Assembly (NCBI GenBank): GCA_963736645.1
Contig: CAVTPJ010000004.1
Location: forward strand, 154,663 to 218,662
Length of the DNA: 64,000 nucleotides
Direction: 5' to 3'
DNA from: an uncultured Thermoleophilia bacterium
GTDB lineage: Bacteria > Actinomycetota > Thermoleophilia > UBA2241
In this document: positions 63,300-64,000 of the stretch, piece after piece
How the letters are laid out: each line of letters begins with the position of its first letter
Numbering within the stretch: the first letter of the stretch is position 1
Made by a program: the position numbers and the translations under genes
Notes under the pieces: model-generated
Seen by the model: only the letters and a program-made list of their open reading frames with translations
The model's database searches: none
Told to the model about the DNA's origin: nothing

Positions 63300-64000
63300 G
63301 TTACGTCTCGAGGCCGCCGGACTCGGCGAAGCGCCACTCCGCCTCGACCACCGTCCCCTTGCCCGGCGCGCTTGTCACCGCGAGCTGCCCTCCGGAGTCA
63401 CCGACGCGCTCGCGCATGGTCTTCAGTCCGAAGTGGCCGGGTCGACCGAGGCGAGGTCGAAGCCGCAGCCGTCGTCGCCGACCTGCAGGCGGGTCTGCGA
63501 GGCTTCACTGTCGAGCCGCACCCAGGCGTTCGAGGCCTTCGCGTGGCGGATGACGTCGTTGAGCGCCTCCTGGGTGATCCGGTACACGGCCTCGTGCACC
63601 TTCGGGGGAGGTGGGGACTCACCGTTCAGCGTCAGGGTCACCTCCACGCGGGCGCGGCTCTCCGCCGCCTCGACCCGTTCCGCAGCAACTGCGGCAGGGG
63701 CACGGCCTCGACTGGGTCGCCGCGCAGCTCGAGCAGCAGCGTGCGCATCTCGGCGAGAGCGCCGCGATTGAGCCGGCGCACGTCCTCTGCGGCGGCCACG
63801 CTCGCCGCGTCGCCGCGGCATGGCGAGCGCCTCCGCCTTGAGGGTGGCCGCGAAGAGCGCCTGCGTGACCGAGTCGTGGAGGTCGCGCGCGAGGCGCGCG
63901 CGCTCCTGCTGCGCCGCGCGCTCCGCCTCGCTCTCCCGCAGGACCTGCTCGGCGTGCTTGCGCTCGGTGATGTCGCGGAGGATGACGAAGGTGCGCGTCG
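63300..64000 (-). CDS. 3' part of a PAS/HisKA_3 histidine kinase (partial, frameshifted)
   Basis: ERAAQQERARLARDLHDSVTQ, YRITQEALN..RHA, DDGCGFD; end approximate. Confidence 0.8.

Noticed and set aside
1-64000. Numerous frameshifts as programmed frameshifting or mass pseudogenisation
   Set aside because: They are scattered single-base indels, even in conserved genes such as catalase, with no slippery motifs noticed; long-read error is the simplest explanation
1-64000. tRNA-Pyl, pylS/B/C/D, CRISPR array, integrase or transposase
   Set aside because: None recognised by eye; a covariance-model and HMM search is needed to exclude them formally

Overview
A very GC-rich bacterial window. Its gene content (UPF0182, GlsB/YeaQ, many secreted lipoproteins) suggests an anaerobic or microaerophilic actinobacterium-like organism, possibly Thermoleophilia; that taxonomy is inference only. 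Many single-base indels split otherwise intact genes, which points to a noisy long-read assembly. The main discovery is a minus-strand methylamine methyltransferase cluster at 32524-36906. It holds a dimethylamine methyltransferase (mtbB) and a trimethylamine methyltransferase (mttB), each with an in-frame TAG at the conserved pyrrolysine position, plus a non-Pyl MttB paralogue. The cluster lies between two ~830-bp direct repeats of a SIMPL gene, and TAG is still used as an ordinary stop elsewhere in the window. Other content: gadB; a B12 radical SAM gene; a NikR-regulated cbiMQO transporter with operator; perR-catalase; an ECF sigma with a beta-propeller partner; UPF0182; an M6 protease; rsgA; three sensor kinases; tRNA-Ala(UGC) with an upstream duplicated 5' half; four toxin-antitoxin-like pairs; and an XDH-family molybdoenzyme whose FAD subunit has a GltD-like insert. 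A promoter motif, TCACC-N7-GGTGAAGAC, occurs three times.
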